Shown here in pieces: positions 1 through 9,245 of a stretch of DNA of 64,000 bases. The notes under the pieces were generated by a model. It was not told where the DNA came from, made no database searches, and worked only from the letters and a program-made list of their open reading frames with translations. Every line of letters begins with the position of its first letter. Position 1 is the stretch's first letter. The position numbers and the translations under genes are program-made. Source of the stretch: a virus; the IMG/VR virus record IMGVR_UViG_3300032242_002717, positions 23,402-87,401 of that record. One strand, given 5' to 3'.

Positions 1-1
1 T

Positions 2-1453
2 CGCAGGGAAAGAACTCCGGTCCCAATTTATGTGCAAAGATCTGTTGAGAAGCATCTTAGCCGAATCTATGCGCAGGAAGTCGGAAGAGACGGTCCTGAT
101 AACATAAAACTCTGGTGGAAGAATGTCGATGGATGCGGATCAAACATCGATCATTGGATGGCGAACGAATTCGCTCCAATGTTCCTTGTTTTGGGGCAAC
201 TAGACTTAGTATTCGATCATCCTCAAGCTCCTGCTGGAGTAAAAATCAGAACTAAGGCCGATGAGAAGAAGTACGGGTTAGACAAGTGTGTAGTTTCTTA
301 CTACTTGCCTGAGAACGTGCTTTGGTGGAAGCTTTATCCAAATCGACAATATCAGGAAGTGGTTGTAAGGGAGCTTGTTGATCAAGATGCTACGATTCAG
401 CAGTCGTATGTAAGGCTGCAATTCAAGTGGAATTATCGACATTGGAGAGAAGACGGATGGACTTTGTATTCGGACGAGGGTCTTGAGCTTGATTCCGGCA
501 CATATTCCTATGGAAGACCTCCGATGGTTCGGATCTTCGATAGAAAGAAGCCAAGGTGCAAGAATGTTGGTCAAAGTAGATATGAGTCAATAGCTGAGCG
601 ACAAAGAGAAGTCTATAACTTAAGCTCAGAGTTGATTCTCGCAAATACTACGCAAGCTTTTCCCATGCTCCAGGGACCAGAAAAGTATTTGGCTGGAGAC
701 AATACGATTCCCGTTGGACCAGAACGTATACTTCCAATTTGGTCAAACAAAGATGGTAGCAACCACCACGGTTGGTCGGTTGTGGATTTTCCTAAAACTG
801 GCGTTGATTTCATACAGAAGACAATAGAAGACCAGAGAAGAGAGGCCGACCGCGAAGCGGCACTTTCTGGATCATCTGACAACGCAGTTTCTGCTGCTGC
901 AAAAGCTTTCGACTTTAGAGAAGGAAATGACTTACTGTCCAGCATTGCTGGAGTATTGGGTAAGGCAGAGCAAACAATATCGCAATATGCATTGTGGGTT
1001 CTCTCTAATGGAGAGCAGACCCCAATGGGAGATCAGGGTGAAGACGAAATCAATATCACCTACCCAAGAAAGTTTGATTTGCAGACAGCCGACCAAATTA
1101 TTCAGGTAATGAGCAGGCTTCAGCAAGTTGTCATGGGTGCTGGATGCCTTCCAAAAGCGGAAGCCGATTATCTAAAAACATCTGTAAGGCTTTCTCTTCC
1201 AGGTCGAACAGATGAAGAATACGAAGTGTTTAACAATGAGATAGACGAGTGGATTGACTACAAACACAATGTAATGCCAACAATCATTCTTCCGCCTGGA
1301 TCTCCAGGAGTAATTGGTCCAGGAGGCGGAGGCATTGCAGATAAAGGCGGAACCGATAAGCTTTTGGCACCTTCAGCACCTGCTGCACAAATACCAACAA
1401 GAAGTCTGGACATCGAAGACATTATTGATGGTCCTTCGGGTCCATCGATGTAA
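2..1453 (+). CDS. phage portal protein (5'-truncated by window edge)
   Basis: Frame is open to the window edge (RRERTPVPIYVQRSVEKHL...). Size, position before scaffold and capsid, and portal-like segments (HWREDGWTLY, YGRPPMVRIF, SAAAKAFDF, INITYPRKFD) support the call. Confidence 0.75.
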   Translation, partial: RRERTPVPIYVQRSVEKHLSRIYAQEVGRDGPDNIKLWWKNVDGCGSNIDHWMANEFAPMFLVLGQLDLVFDHPQAPAGVKIRTKADEKKYGLDKCVVSYYLPENVLWWKLYPNRQYQEVVVRELVDQDATIQQSYVRLQFKWNYRHWREDGWTLYSDEGLELDSGTYSYGRPPMVRIFDRKKPRCKNVGQSRYESIAERQREVYNLSSELILANTTQAFPMLQGPEKYLAGDNTIPVGPERILPIWSNKDGSNHHGWSVVDFPKTGVDFIQKTIEDQRREADREAALSGSSDNAVSAAAKAFDFREGNDLLSSIAGVLGKAEQTISQYALWVLSNGEQTPMGDQGEDEINITYPRKFDLQTADQIIQVMSRLQQVVMGAGCLPKAEADYLKTSVRLSLPGRTDEEYEVFNNEIDEWIDYKHNVMPTIILPPGSPGVIGPGGGGIADKGGTDKLLAPSAPAAQIPTRSLDIEDIIDGPSGPSM

Positions 1454-1565
1454 TGTTCCGTTTTGAGTTCACTGTCGATGGCGAGGTTCTGTTACCACGC
1501 CATTCCTTTTTCGTTATGTTTAACATGTGAGGATAGCCTTGACAACCGGCGAAACAAAGCAAAAT

Positions 1566-2354
1566 ATGCCAGAACAACCTTCTCAGACGGCAACCGCAAG
1601 TCAGTCCGCACCGACTTTTGAAACGAATACAAACACTGGAGGAACTCAGCTTAAAGCCGAGTTTGATCCGGTGCAAATTGCGAAGCTTGCTCAAGAAAAC
1701 AAGATGTTGCAGGAGCAAATCGCAAAATTCGAGTCCGAGAAGGCTGTTGCAATTGAGCGAGAACGCAAGTCTGCTCTTGAACAGATCGCTGCAAAAGATG
1801 GTGCCGCCAAGGCAATTGAAGAGCAGTTCCGAGTGTTCAAGGAAGAGCAAGAAAACAACAAAGTTAAGATGGAAGAGATTCTTCGCAAGGCTCAAGAAGA
1901 GTCTACTGCGAAGTGGAAAACCGAAGCTGAGCGTGCCGACAAGATTGAGCAAGTTTACCTTTCTGAAAAGAAGGAAAACGTCATCAATCGAGCGATTGAC
2001 GGGAAAGAGTTTGTTTCCGCTGCTGCCGAACGGCAGGTTCGCAAGCTTCTTGAAGACAGGTTTGATGTATCGCGCGATGATAAGGGTTCTGTGACCGTCA
2101 GAGACAGGGTCAATGGAAAATACGCATCAGACGTAATTCCAGAACTTCTTGCCACGGAAGATTTTGAACATTTCTTGAAGCCATCGACTCGCGGTGGTGC
2201 CGGTGTCTCCAACAATGGGGCCGGTAGAGAGCCTTCCAATTCGGCGTCTTACGCGAAAGATGATCCGCTGGCTTCCTTGTGGGAAGCAGCTAGAGAATCG
2301 ATGAATCGCACTGACAGCGCAATTGGCTTTGGTTTTAGGCCGAAGGCAAATTGA
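1566..2354 (+). CDS. capsid scaffolding protein
   Basis: Charged coiled-coil protein with C-terminal HFLKPSTRGGAG, between portal and MCP. ATG 1566 chosen over the ORF-track start 1527. Confidence 0.65.
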   Translation: MPEQPSQTATASQSAPTFETNTNTGGTQLKAEFDPVQIAKLAQENKMLQEQIAKFESEKAVAIERERKSALEQIAAKDGAAKAIEEQFRVFKEEQENNKVKMEEILRKAQEESTAKWKTEAERADKIEQVYLSEKKENVINRAIDGKEFVSAAAERQVRKLLEDRFDVSRDDKGSVTVRDRVNGKYASDVIPELLATEDFEHFLKPSTRGGAGVSNNGAGREPSNSASYAKDDPLASLWEAARESMNRTDSAIGFGFRPKAN

Positions 2355-2394
2355 TTTGCCTGTAATGTCGGATATTTCAAACAGGAGACTTTAA

Positions 2395-3531
2395 ATGGCT
2401 GTTGCTTATCAGGGTCTATTTGGACCCGTTGGGTTTGGGACTGAAACCCAAACCGTGCTGCACCCCTTCTTGCGTGAAATTTTCATTCAAGAAGCACCAC
2501 TCGTGAATCGCTTGCCTCGGCTACAGTCCGAAGGCGAAGTTTTCCAGATGATCACTTATGACGTTCGCCAGCGAACAGGCATGACGCTGACGACCGCACT
2601 GAGTGACACTACTACCACCACGCTGGTCTTGAACGACGACAGTCGTCTCTTGACTGGCGACGTACTCATGATCGACTCTGAGCGATTTGAGGTCACTAGC
2701 ATCACGGCAAACGGTACCAACGTGACTGTGGTTCGTGGTGCTGAAAGCACCACCGCTGCCACGCACAGTTCCGGTGCCCCAGTTACTCTGCTCTACAATA
2801 GCCGAACTGGTGCTGAAGTTAATCAGGACACCACTCGAAGTCTGAGAAGCGTTACTGAGCAGTACGTCCAGACCTTCCAGTTCCCAGTGCAGATCTCTGG
2901 CAAGGCAAACGCAGTGACGGCAGTGCGTCTTCCTCAAGGCGTGCCAGACATTCTGACTTACGAGCAGAGGACCAAGGCAATCGAGATGCTCCGTGATATG
3001 GAGTATGCTTGCTATTATGCCGGTGGCCAGAAGCCATATAACATTGGCGACCGAGCAAAAATGAAGGGTCTCAAGACCCTGATCGACTCCGGCAATGTGA
3101 CCACAAACACGGTGTCGAGCTACACGAAGTTCAACTTTATCTCTGATACGTTGAACAAAGCTTTCGCTGGTGGTGGCAACCCAGACATTCTCATCGTTTC
3201 TTCGGACTTTATGACCGGAGTTGCGACCTGGGGATATCCAGTTCAGTTGGACATGAATTATACGCCCACTCTCGGAATTGCATTCAATCAGATTGCTGTT
3301 CCTTTCCTTGGTGCGCCGGTCATGATGATTCCCAGTTACCAGCTTAAGTCTGGTACTGCAATCGCTTTGACTTCAAGCGATGTGAAGATTCGATACCTGC
3401 GTCAAGAAACCTGGATTCCACGAGGTCGTCGCGGTGATGCTTACGAAGGCGATTGGGTAGCTGATATCGCCGTTGAAATCGGCCATCCCAAGTGGCACGC
3501 CTGGCGAGAAGGCATCTCTTCTTTTGCCTGA
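2395..3531 (+). CDS. major capsid protein (SU10/DUF5309-like HK97 fold with insertion domain)
   Basis: Strong SD (ACAGGAG), 378 aa, motifs EQYVQTFQFPVQISG, EMLRDMEYA, RAKMKGL, GGNPDILIV; followed by a terminator. Confidence 0.8.
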   Translation: MAVAYQGLFGPVGFGTETQTVLHPFLREIFIQEAPLVNRLPRLQSEGEVFQMITYDVRQRTGMTLTTALSDTTTTTLVLNDDSRLLTGDVLMIDSERFEVTSITANGTNVTVVRGAESTTAATHSSGAPVTLLYNSRTGAEVNQDTTRSLRSVTEQYVQTFQFPVQISGKANAVTAVRLPQGVPDILTYEQRTKAIEMLRDMEYACYYAGGQKPYNIGDRAKMKGLKTLIDSGNVTTNTVSSYTKFNFISDTLNKAFAGGGNPDILIVSSDFMTGVATWGYPVQLDMNYTPTLGIAFNQIAVPFLGAPVMMIPSYQLKSGTAIALTSSDVKIRYLRQETWIPRGRRGDAYEGDWVADIAVEIGHPKWHAWREGISSFA

Positions 3532-3537
3532 TTTACA

Positions 3538-3580
3538 AAGCACGCAGGAGTATTTCTCCTGCGTGCTTATCTTTTACTTT
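3538..3580 (+). terminator. rho-independent terminator after MCP
   Basis: AAGCACGCAGGAG-tattt-CTCCTGCGTGCTT 13-bp stem followed by a T-rich tract. Confidence 0.8.
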
Positions 3581-3589
3581 TGGAATACT

Positions 3590-3982
3590 ATGATCGATCC
3601 AGATAAAGTGTACGACAACGAATTAGTGAATCCTCTCTGGGATTCATTTTTTGTTCCACAAGACTACGATCACAGGCCAGAAGCATTTGCAATGATGCAG
3701 CATCTGGACGTAATCAAAAAAGTTAAAGTTAATCTATCGACTGCAATTGGAAGAATGAATAGCGATATCGTGACCAGTAATCGCATTCATCGTGAGACAG
3801 CAGTCATGACTCAATCGGAGATTGACTCTGCTCTTGCAATCGCAGAAGCCATGAAGATAGCCGAGTATGCAATTCGTGGATGGGTTGACAAAATTGTTTC
3901 TCAACTTGACCAGAAAGATTTGCGAAACAATCAGAACTCAATTCCAGTTAAACCTGCGATTCAGGCTAAGAGAACTTCATGA
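3590..3982 (+). CDS. hypothetical protein (head module)
   Basis: ATG after the terminator; ATGA overlap with the next gene. Confidence 0.6.
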   Translation: MIDPDKVYDNELVNPLWDSFFVPQDYDHRPEAFAMMQHLDVIKKVKVNLSTAIGRMNSDIVTSNRIHRETAVMTQSEIDSALAIAEAMKIAEYAIRGWVDKIVSQLDQKDLRNNQNSIPVKPAIQAKRTS

Positions 3983-4701
3983 GCAGCATGAATTCGGCGG
4001 GAACTACATACTGGGCAAATCCGACCCCACTGGCAGTATACAACTTTTGCCTGGATGAGCATATTGCGCTAAGGGTTATGGACGATTTTGTTAGAGTTAC
4101 CCCAGACTCAAACAAGCTATCGTCTGGGTATGACGGTTTTATGACGGACTCTTCGCCTTGGACCATGACTAGCCAGTCAAATAATTTTCAGTCGCTAGGT
4201 GTTGCTTCTGGTCATGTTATCTGGCTTCAAAAGCCAACAAATATTTTTGGCGCGAATGGCGATCTGTTTGCGATTGACAGCGTATCTGGCAACACGCTTA
4301 CGATGAGGGGTATAGGTAGAAAGCTTTCGGTGGGCAAGCCTCCTTGCCCTCCTGGATCGCTTTCTGCTGTTCAGTTCATTATAAAGACATTGGACCCCCA
4401 AATCGAGGAAGTCAGCTATGAGGTAATGCAAGAATATGGAATGACAATTAACCTTCCTAATCATCAACCTAGTCAGTTGATGGATCAGAGGCAACTAAGA
4501 AAATATTGCATTGAACGTGTTTTGTACTATCGCTATTTAGATATGAGCAAGCAGGCAGATTCCAACGATCTCTGGCTGCATAAGAGTAAGGTTTATGGCG
4601 AGTTTGCGGAAGAGACCGTGCGAAAGATTGAGGTAAGGTGGGGTCCAGAGGGCAACGATGAACCTCCGACCGGAAAGTATATTGGTCGCTTATCCAGGTA
4701 G
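3979..4701 (+). CDS. putative head-tail adaptor/connector protein
   Basis: 240 aa, positioned after MCP, helical C-terminal part typical of adaptors. Confidence 0.45.
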   Translation: MSSMNSAGTTYWANPTPLAVYNFCLDEHIALRVMDDFVRVTPDSNKLSSGYDGFMTDSSPWTMTSQSNNFQSLGVASGHVIWLQKPTNIFGANGDLFAIDSVSGNTLTMRGIGRKLSVGKPPCPPGSLSAVQFIIKTLDPQIEEVSYEVMQEYGMTINLPNHQPSQLMDQRQLRKYCIERVLYYRYLDMSKQADSNDLWLHKSKVYGEFAEETVRKIEVRWGPEGNDEPPTGKYIGRLSR

Positions 4702-5005
4702 AAGGTACAATCCATTGAAAGATAGTGCCAGATTCGATTCTTTGAATAGCAACCTTGATTTCTCTGAATCCTTTCTTGTCGAGTCTAGGCTTTTCCCGTT
4801 CCATAACAAACATGTCGTTGGATTGATTTTTAAGGATATTGAGACTTCAGTCGAGCGAGCTATCCACATTTCAGTAGAAGAAGCTGGACGTGTTGTAGAG
4901 TTGCTATCCGTCCTGACAGGAAACAAGCATTTGTCAAGCACAAAAGACTTGAAAATCAATAAGTCGTGCTGCGGATCTGGCCCTGACTGCAATGAGTGCA
5001 ATTAG
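4658..5005 (+). CDS. hypothetical protein with Cys-rich C-terminus (start uncertain)
   Basis: Fills the gap between flanking genes; ends SCCGSGPDCNECN. Confidence 0.45.
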   Translation: MNLRPESILVAYPGRRYNPLKDSARFDSLNSNLDFSESFLVESRLFPFHNKHVVGLIFKDIETSVERAIHISVEEAGRVVELLSVLTGNKHLSSTKDLKINKSCCGSGPDCNECN

Positions 5006-5070
5006 TCTTTGATTGATTACGCATGTCTTCGCAAAACTTCTCCGCGCGGATACCTTTACGGAGGATTGTC

Positions 5071-5382
5071 ATGTCAGCATCCAAATCGAGCGGTGGCAAC
5101 CCTGTACCTAAAAGCAAAAAACATGCGAACGTAGACGCCAGGTCAAAAACTTCTCCTGCTCCATTCCACAGACGAGTTCCTTACGTTCAGCAAACCGAGC
5201 GATTAGAGGTTCTGTCGAATTTTGTTTCTGCGTTTGCTCCTGCCTTTCTTGAAGACATGCCAGCTTCCCTGGAGTGCCTTGATCCGCTTCTGGTTGTTGA
5301 CGACGATGATGTCACATCGGCCAGAAATCTCGCGTTGATTGAAGCCTTCAAGGCAATTCAAAAGATTTCGGAAGACCGATAA
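5071..5382 (+). CDS. hypothetical protein
   Basis: GGAGG SD before ATG 5071. Confidence 0.65.
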   Translation: MSASKSSGGNPVPKSKKHANVDARSKTSPAPFHRRVPYVQQTERLEVLSNFVSAFAPAFLEDMPASLECLDPLLVVDDDDVTSARNLALIEAFKAIQKISEDR

Positions 5383-5386
5383 TCTT

Positions 5387-6694
5387 ATGAGGCAACAACT
5401 GACTGAGCAGCAGAAAAAGTCGATCATAGAAGCTGTCGAGAAGTTTGACGGAAACAAGACGCATGCCGCAAAGCATCTTGGACTTCACAGGCAGGTAATA
5501 ATAGATGTTTGCAAAGAATTGGGACAGTATTGCGAAAAATGCAACATGAAGTCAGAGTGCGATGTCTCGGAGAATGGCGACAATCGCACCGTTAGTTATG
5601 TTTCGGATAAGATAATAAGGACCGAAAAGGAAGCAATAGAATACGCTGAAGTTGATTTGTCCATATGGCATGTCGAGAAGTGGGAGTGTAGCGGGTGGAC
5701 CGTCCCCATGAAAATAAGCATGGGGTTTGACAAAAATGGAAAGAAAAGACCGGACAAGCCAATAGTAAAACAGCAATGGAAGGTCAAGCTTTATCTCAAA
5801 AGGATTTTTCCTAAAGCTTTCATTGAAGCATCCCAGATTCTTTTTGACAGGCTTTCAAAAAAGTCGCCCAGATATCAAACTCCGGCTTTTTCTATAAGCA
5901 AAAACCACATGATGGTTTTTGATCCTTATGACGTTCATTTCGGCAAGCTTGCCTGGGCACCAGAGACTAGCAGCGAATACAATATTGGGATTGCAAGAGA
6001 ATCCTTGATTAGCTCCGCCAAAACATTTGTGGATAGGTGTAAGGCTTTCCCTCTAGATATGGTTGTAATATTTATAGGACAGGATTTCTTTCACGTTGAC
6101 AACAATTTCAATACGACCACGGCAGGAACTCCGCAAGATGTTGATGGTAGGTACGCTCAAATAATCGTTGCTGGCGAAGAAGCAATGATTGAGTCCGTAG
6201 AAATATTCAGAAAGATATCGCTCGTCAAATTGTATACAATTCCTGGAAACCATGACTGTTTATCGAGTTTCCATTTGACAAGAACCCTGAAGGCTTATTT
6301 CAGAAATTCGGAGAATGTCATAGTAGATGATTCTCCTTGTCCTAGAAAATATGTCAGATATGGAACAAACTTGATTGGCTGCACTCATGGTAATGAAGAA
6401 AAGCATTCAGACCTACCGATCATTATGGCTGTAGAAAGAAATGATTTCGGCTCAGCGACATGTCGAGAATGGCATCTTGGTCATTTGCACAAAAGCAAAA
6501 GAACACAGACTACTAATGTGGATCAATTCAACGGCGTAACAGTAAGGATACTTCAATCCCTCTCTGGTACTGACGCCTGGCATCACAGAAAAGGATATGT
6601 TGGCGGAACCAGAGCGGCGGAAGCTCTCGTGTACAGCAAAGATGGCGGACACGAAGCAACATTTGTGGCAAGAGCAAAAGATTTTAGGTCTTAG
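5387..6694 (+). CDS. Fis-type HTH fused to calcineurin-like metallophosphoesterase
   Basis: N-terminal GNKTHAAKHLGLHR HTH; phosphoesterase motifs DVH, GQDFFH, GNHD, THG, GHLH. Confidence 0.8.
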   Translation: MRQQLTEQQKKSIIEAVEKFDGNKTHAAKHLGLHRQVIIDVCKELGQYCEKCNMKSECDVSENGDNRTVSYVSDKIIRTEKEAIEYAEVDLSIWHVEKWECSGWTVPMKISMGFDKNGKKRPDKPIVKQQWKVKLYLKRIFPKAFIEASQILFDRLSKKSPRYQTPAFSISKNHMMVFDPYDVHFGKLAWAPETSSEYNIGIARESLISSAKTFVDRCKAFPLDMVVIFIGQDFFHVDNNFNTTTAGTPQDVDGRYAQIIVAGEEAMIESVEIFRKISLVKLYTIPGNHDCLSSFHLTRTLKAYFRNSENVIVDDSPCPRKYVRYGTNLIGCTHGNEEKHSDLPIIMAVERNDFGSATCREWHLGHLHKSKRTQTTNVDQFNGVTVRILQSLSGTDAWHHRKGYVGGTRAAEALVYSKDGGHEATFVARAKDFRS

Positions 6695-6712
6695 ATATAA
6701 GGAAAATGATCA

Positions 6713-7129
6713 ATGGCTCTCTTGTCTCCTCAGCAGGGCGAACAGCAGTTGATGAATGACCTGCTTTCGTCTGGCGAGAACTGGATTTTGAAGCTTTACA
6801 CTAGCGGACAAACTCCAAGTTCAACCGATACTCCGGCTACATATACTGAAGTTAATTCCACCACAAACTCATGGTACTCCTCGAAAACCATAACCAGAAC
6901 TGTCACGGCTTCCACTTGGAGCAGCCCGACACTGGCAACGCCATCTGTTTCTTATTACAACTCGGGGTCTGGGGTTGTGTGGAGCGCGACCACTGCTGTG
7001 ACTTTGACTGGGTATTTTGTGGTCGGAAACACAAGCGGAAAGCTGATTTTTGCTGAAAAGTTTGCAAGCAGCATTGGGCTTGTTAATCCTTCAACTTTTA
7101 CTCTCTATCCACAGTTCTCTTTGACTTGA
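6713..7129 (+). CDS. virion structural protein (Ser/Thr-rich beta protein)
   Basis: ILKLYTS...TYTEV...GYFVV...LIFAEKF pattern of small phage structural proteins; AAGGA SD. Confidence 0.55.
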   Translation: MALLSPQQGEQQLMNDLLSSGENWILKLYTSGQTPSSTDTPATYTEVNSTTNSWYSSKTITRTVTASTWSSPTLATPSVSYYNSGSGVVWSATTAVTLTGYFVVGNTSGKLIFAEKFASSIGLVNPSTFTLYPQFSLT

Positions 7130-7137
7130 GGCTTGAC

Positions 7138-7440
7138 ATGCGTCTTAAATCTGGCGACTGGGTTTCTTTTCTTCCTCCCATGGAAGGATCTCACGTTGTT
7201 GACGGAAGGACAGTAGGCATTTACGTCCATGGATACACAGATTCTCTTGGGCAAGAAGTTCAAGAGCATGTCCAGGTGGTTCAGGACGATGGAACAGACC
7301 TTGTTGTTCTTAAAGAAAAACGTGCTGTGTCTGTTGCAGTCAGAGTCGAAGACGCCATCGACCTTCAGATGGTTACTGACATTAAGTTTGTTCCAGAGCC
7401 AAGGCGACCTGCTGCTGATTTTGTTTTTCGTTCAGTCTGA
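7138..7440 (+). CDS. hypothetical protein
   Basis: GAGG SD before ATG 7138. Confidence 0.55.
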   Translation: MRLKSGDWVSFLPPMEGSHVVDGRTVGIYVHGYTDSLGQEVQEHVQVVQDDGTDLVVLKEKRAVSVAVRVEDAIDLQMVTDIKFVPEPRRPAADFVFRSV

Positions 7441-7537
7441 CATTTCACTTTCACACCAAAAGATGTGTTGCGATTTGGTTTGACATCTAGCCGCTGCTGA
7501 CCAAGCCACAGGATGTCGCAAAATTAAGGAGAGCGAA

Positions 7538-7879
7538 GTGGCAGATGCAGTTAATCCGCAACTTGTGACGTGGGCGAACGGCAGGGTCAGAACCCTCGCG
7601 GACGCACTTAAGTCTTTAGAACTGACCATAGCGTCATATCAGGCTGATTACAACTCCCAGGGCCTGGCCGCTGTCATTACGGCAGCAGGGCCAGCCAACA
7701 ACATCGCCGATGGCTACACCGTCGATGGGCGGCAACCTATCACCGGAAATCAAATTTTGAGTTTTAACGCTTGTCTGACTCAAATCCAGACAGCGATTAC
7801 AACGACCGTGGTTTCAGGCGTAGGAAGTCCGCCTTCTCCAATTGTGTCGGCAATTCAGGTTAATGGAAGCAAGAGGTGA
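7538..7879 (+). CDS. hypothetical virion protein
   Basis: AAGGAG SD before GTG; 113 aa. Confidence 0.6.
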   Translation: MADAVNPQLVTWANGRVRTLADALKSLELTIASYQADYNSQGLAAVITAAGPANNIADGYTVDGRQPITGNQILSFNACLTQIQTAITTTVVSGVGSPPSPIVSAIQVNGSKR

Positions 7880-7886
7880 CATCTAG

Positions 7887-9245
7887 ATGGCCTACCTCGA
7901 CCTCTACGTTCGCACCGGTGGCAGCAACCTGAACGCCGGGACCACGGACACAGACAGCCCCAGCATCACGGCCACGTGTACCTACAATGACTCCGGCTCT
8001 GGCCAGGTGACGTTTACGGCCAGCAGTGGTACGCCGTTTAGCGGGGCATCCGTGGGCCAATGGGCGTCGATCCTGAGCGGGGGCGAAACACTCCCAAGCG
8101 GCACCTCGTTTATCAGCCAAATATCCGCAATTGGTGGCAGCGGCGCATCAATTACCGTTTATACCGAAAACGGCCAAAGCGCGGTTAAGACATTTTTCGG
8201 TCAGTTTTCTAACACCAATAACGGAGTCTTCGGGCCATCCGGCACCGTCACAGTGCGAGTGGGCGGGGCGTGGGGTTCAATTGTGCCGCTAACCACAGGA
8301 GCGAGTGGCGGCAGTACAGGCCCCAACACGCTCTCCTACGCCGGATCTATCTACAGCATTCGCGTGAACGTCAAGAGCGGGACGTACAGCAGCTCGACAT
8401 CGCTCACGCTGGCGACACCTCCCACCGCTGGCAAGCCTCTGTTCATTCGTGGCTACGCCACCACAGCGGGCGACCTCGACAACGTCGCCAACCCTGGCAC
8501 GCATCCAGTCCTATCATTCAGCAGCACGGCAAATCTAACCATTCCAAACTACACACGATTAGAAAATATCGATATCACGGCAACTGGCACGGCAAATCCT
8601 TTGATATCTGTGACTTCGTTAGGCGTAATGATGACTCGCTGTCGAGTCACAGCGACCGGTGCGGCACTTACAATATCGGGCACTGCTCCTGGCTTTAATG
8701 CGTGGGCCTGTTATTTTACTACTACATCAACAACAGTGGCTCTAGTCAACTGTAACACCAATAATAATCTTCCGACATTTAATCAGTGTGTGTTCCAAGG
8801 CGGTTTGTATAACGTATCTATGGCTTACAACGGAAGCTTCAATGAATGCTTGTTTAGAAACTCGTCTTCGCATCTGGTGTATTGCACTCAAATTGGAATG
8901 ATATCTCAGTTCTACAGATGTACGTTCTATAACAGCGGAGCATCGTCTGATGCCATCAATTTGGGCGGAACAAATGCTCAGTATCTTACAGTTGCGTATT
9001 GTATATTTGCCAATATTTCACGTTACGCAATAAACGTAACGGACACGGCTTTTGTGGGATGTCGGATCATAGGCCCAGACTATTACAGTATTACAAGCGG
9101 TCAGCTTAATGGAGTCTACGAAAGCTACCAGCACGCTGCCACTACCGAAACCGCAAGCCCGTTTACTTCTGCCAGCGGAAACGACTTTACGCTTGTGACT
9201 AATTCCTCTGCTGCCTCGCAGAGCTTTACGTTCGAGATGCCATAA
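7887..9245 (+). CDS. right-handed beta-helix (pectin-lyase-like) virion protein
   Basis: GAGG SD; repeated Cys/Asn ladders (FNQCVFQG, FNECLFRN, FYRCTFYN, AYCIFAN), INVKSGTY-like segment and GNDFTL near the end. Confidence 0.65.
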   Translation: MAYLDLYVRTGGSNLNAGTTDTDSPSITATCTYNDSGSGQVTFTASSGTPFSGASVGQWASILSGGETLPSGTSFISQISAIGGSGASITVYTENGQSAVKTFFGQFSNTNNGVFGPSGTVTVRVGGAWGSIVPLTTGASGGSTGPNTLSYAGSIYSIRVNVKSGTYSSSTSLTLATPPTAGKPLFIRGYATTAGDLDNVANPGTHPVLSFSSTANLTIPNYTRLENIDITATGTANPLISVTSLGVMMTRCRVTATGAALTISGTAPGFNAWACYFTTTSTTVALVNCNTNNNLPTFNQCVFQGGLYNVSMAYNGSFNECLFRNSSSHLVYCTQIGMISQFYRCTFYNSGASSDAINLGGTNAQYLTVAYCIFANISRYAINVTDTAFVGCRIIGPDYYSITSGQLNGVYESYQHAATTETASPFTSASGNDFTLVTNSSAASQSFTFEMP

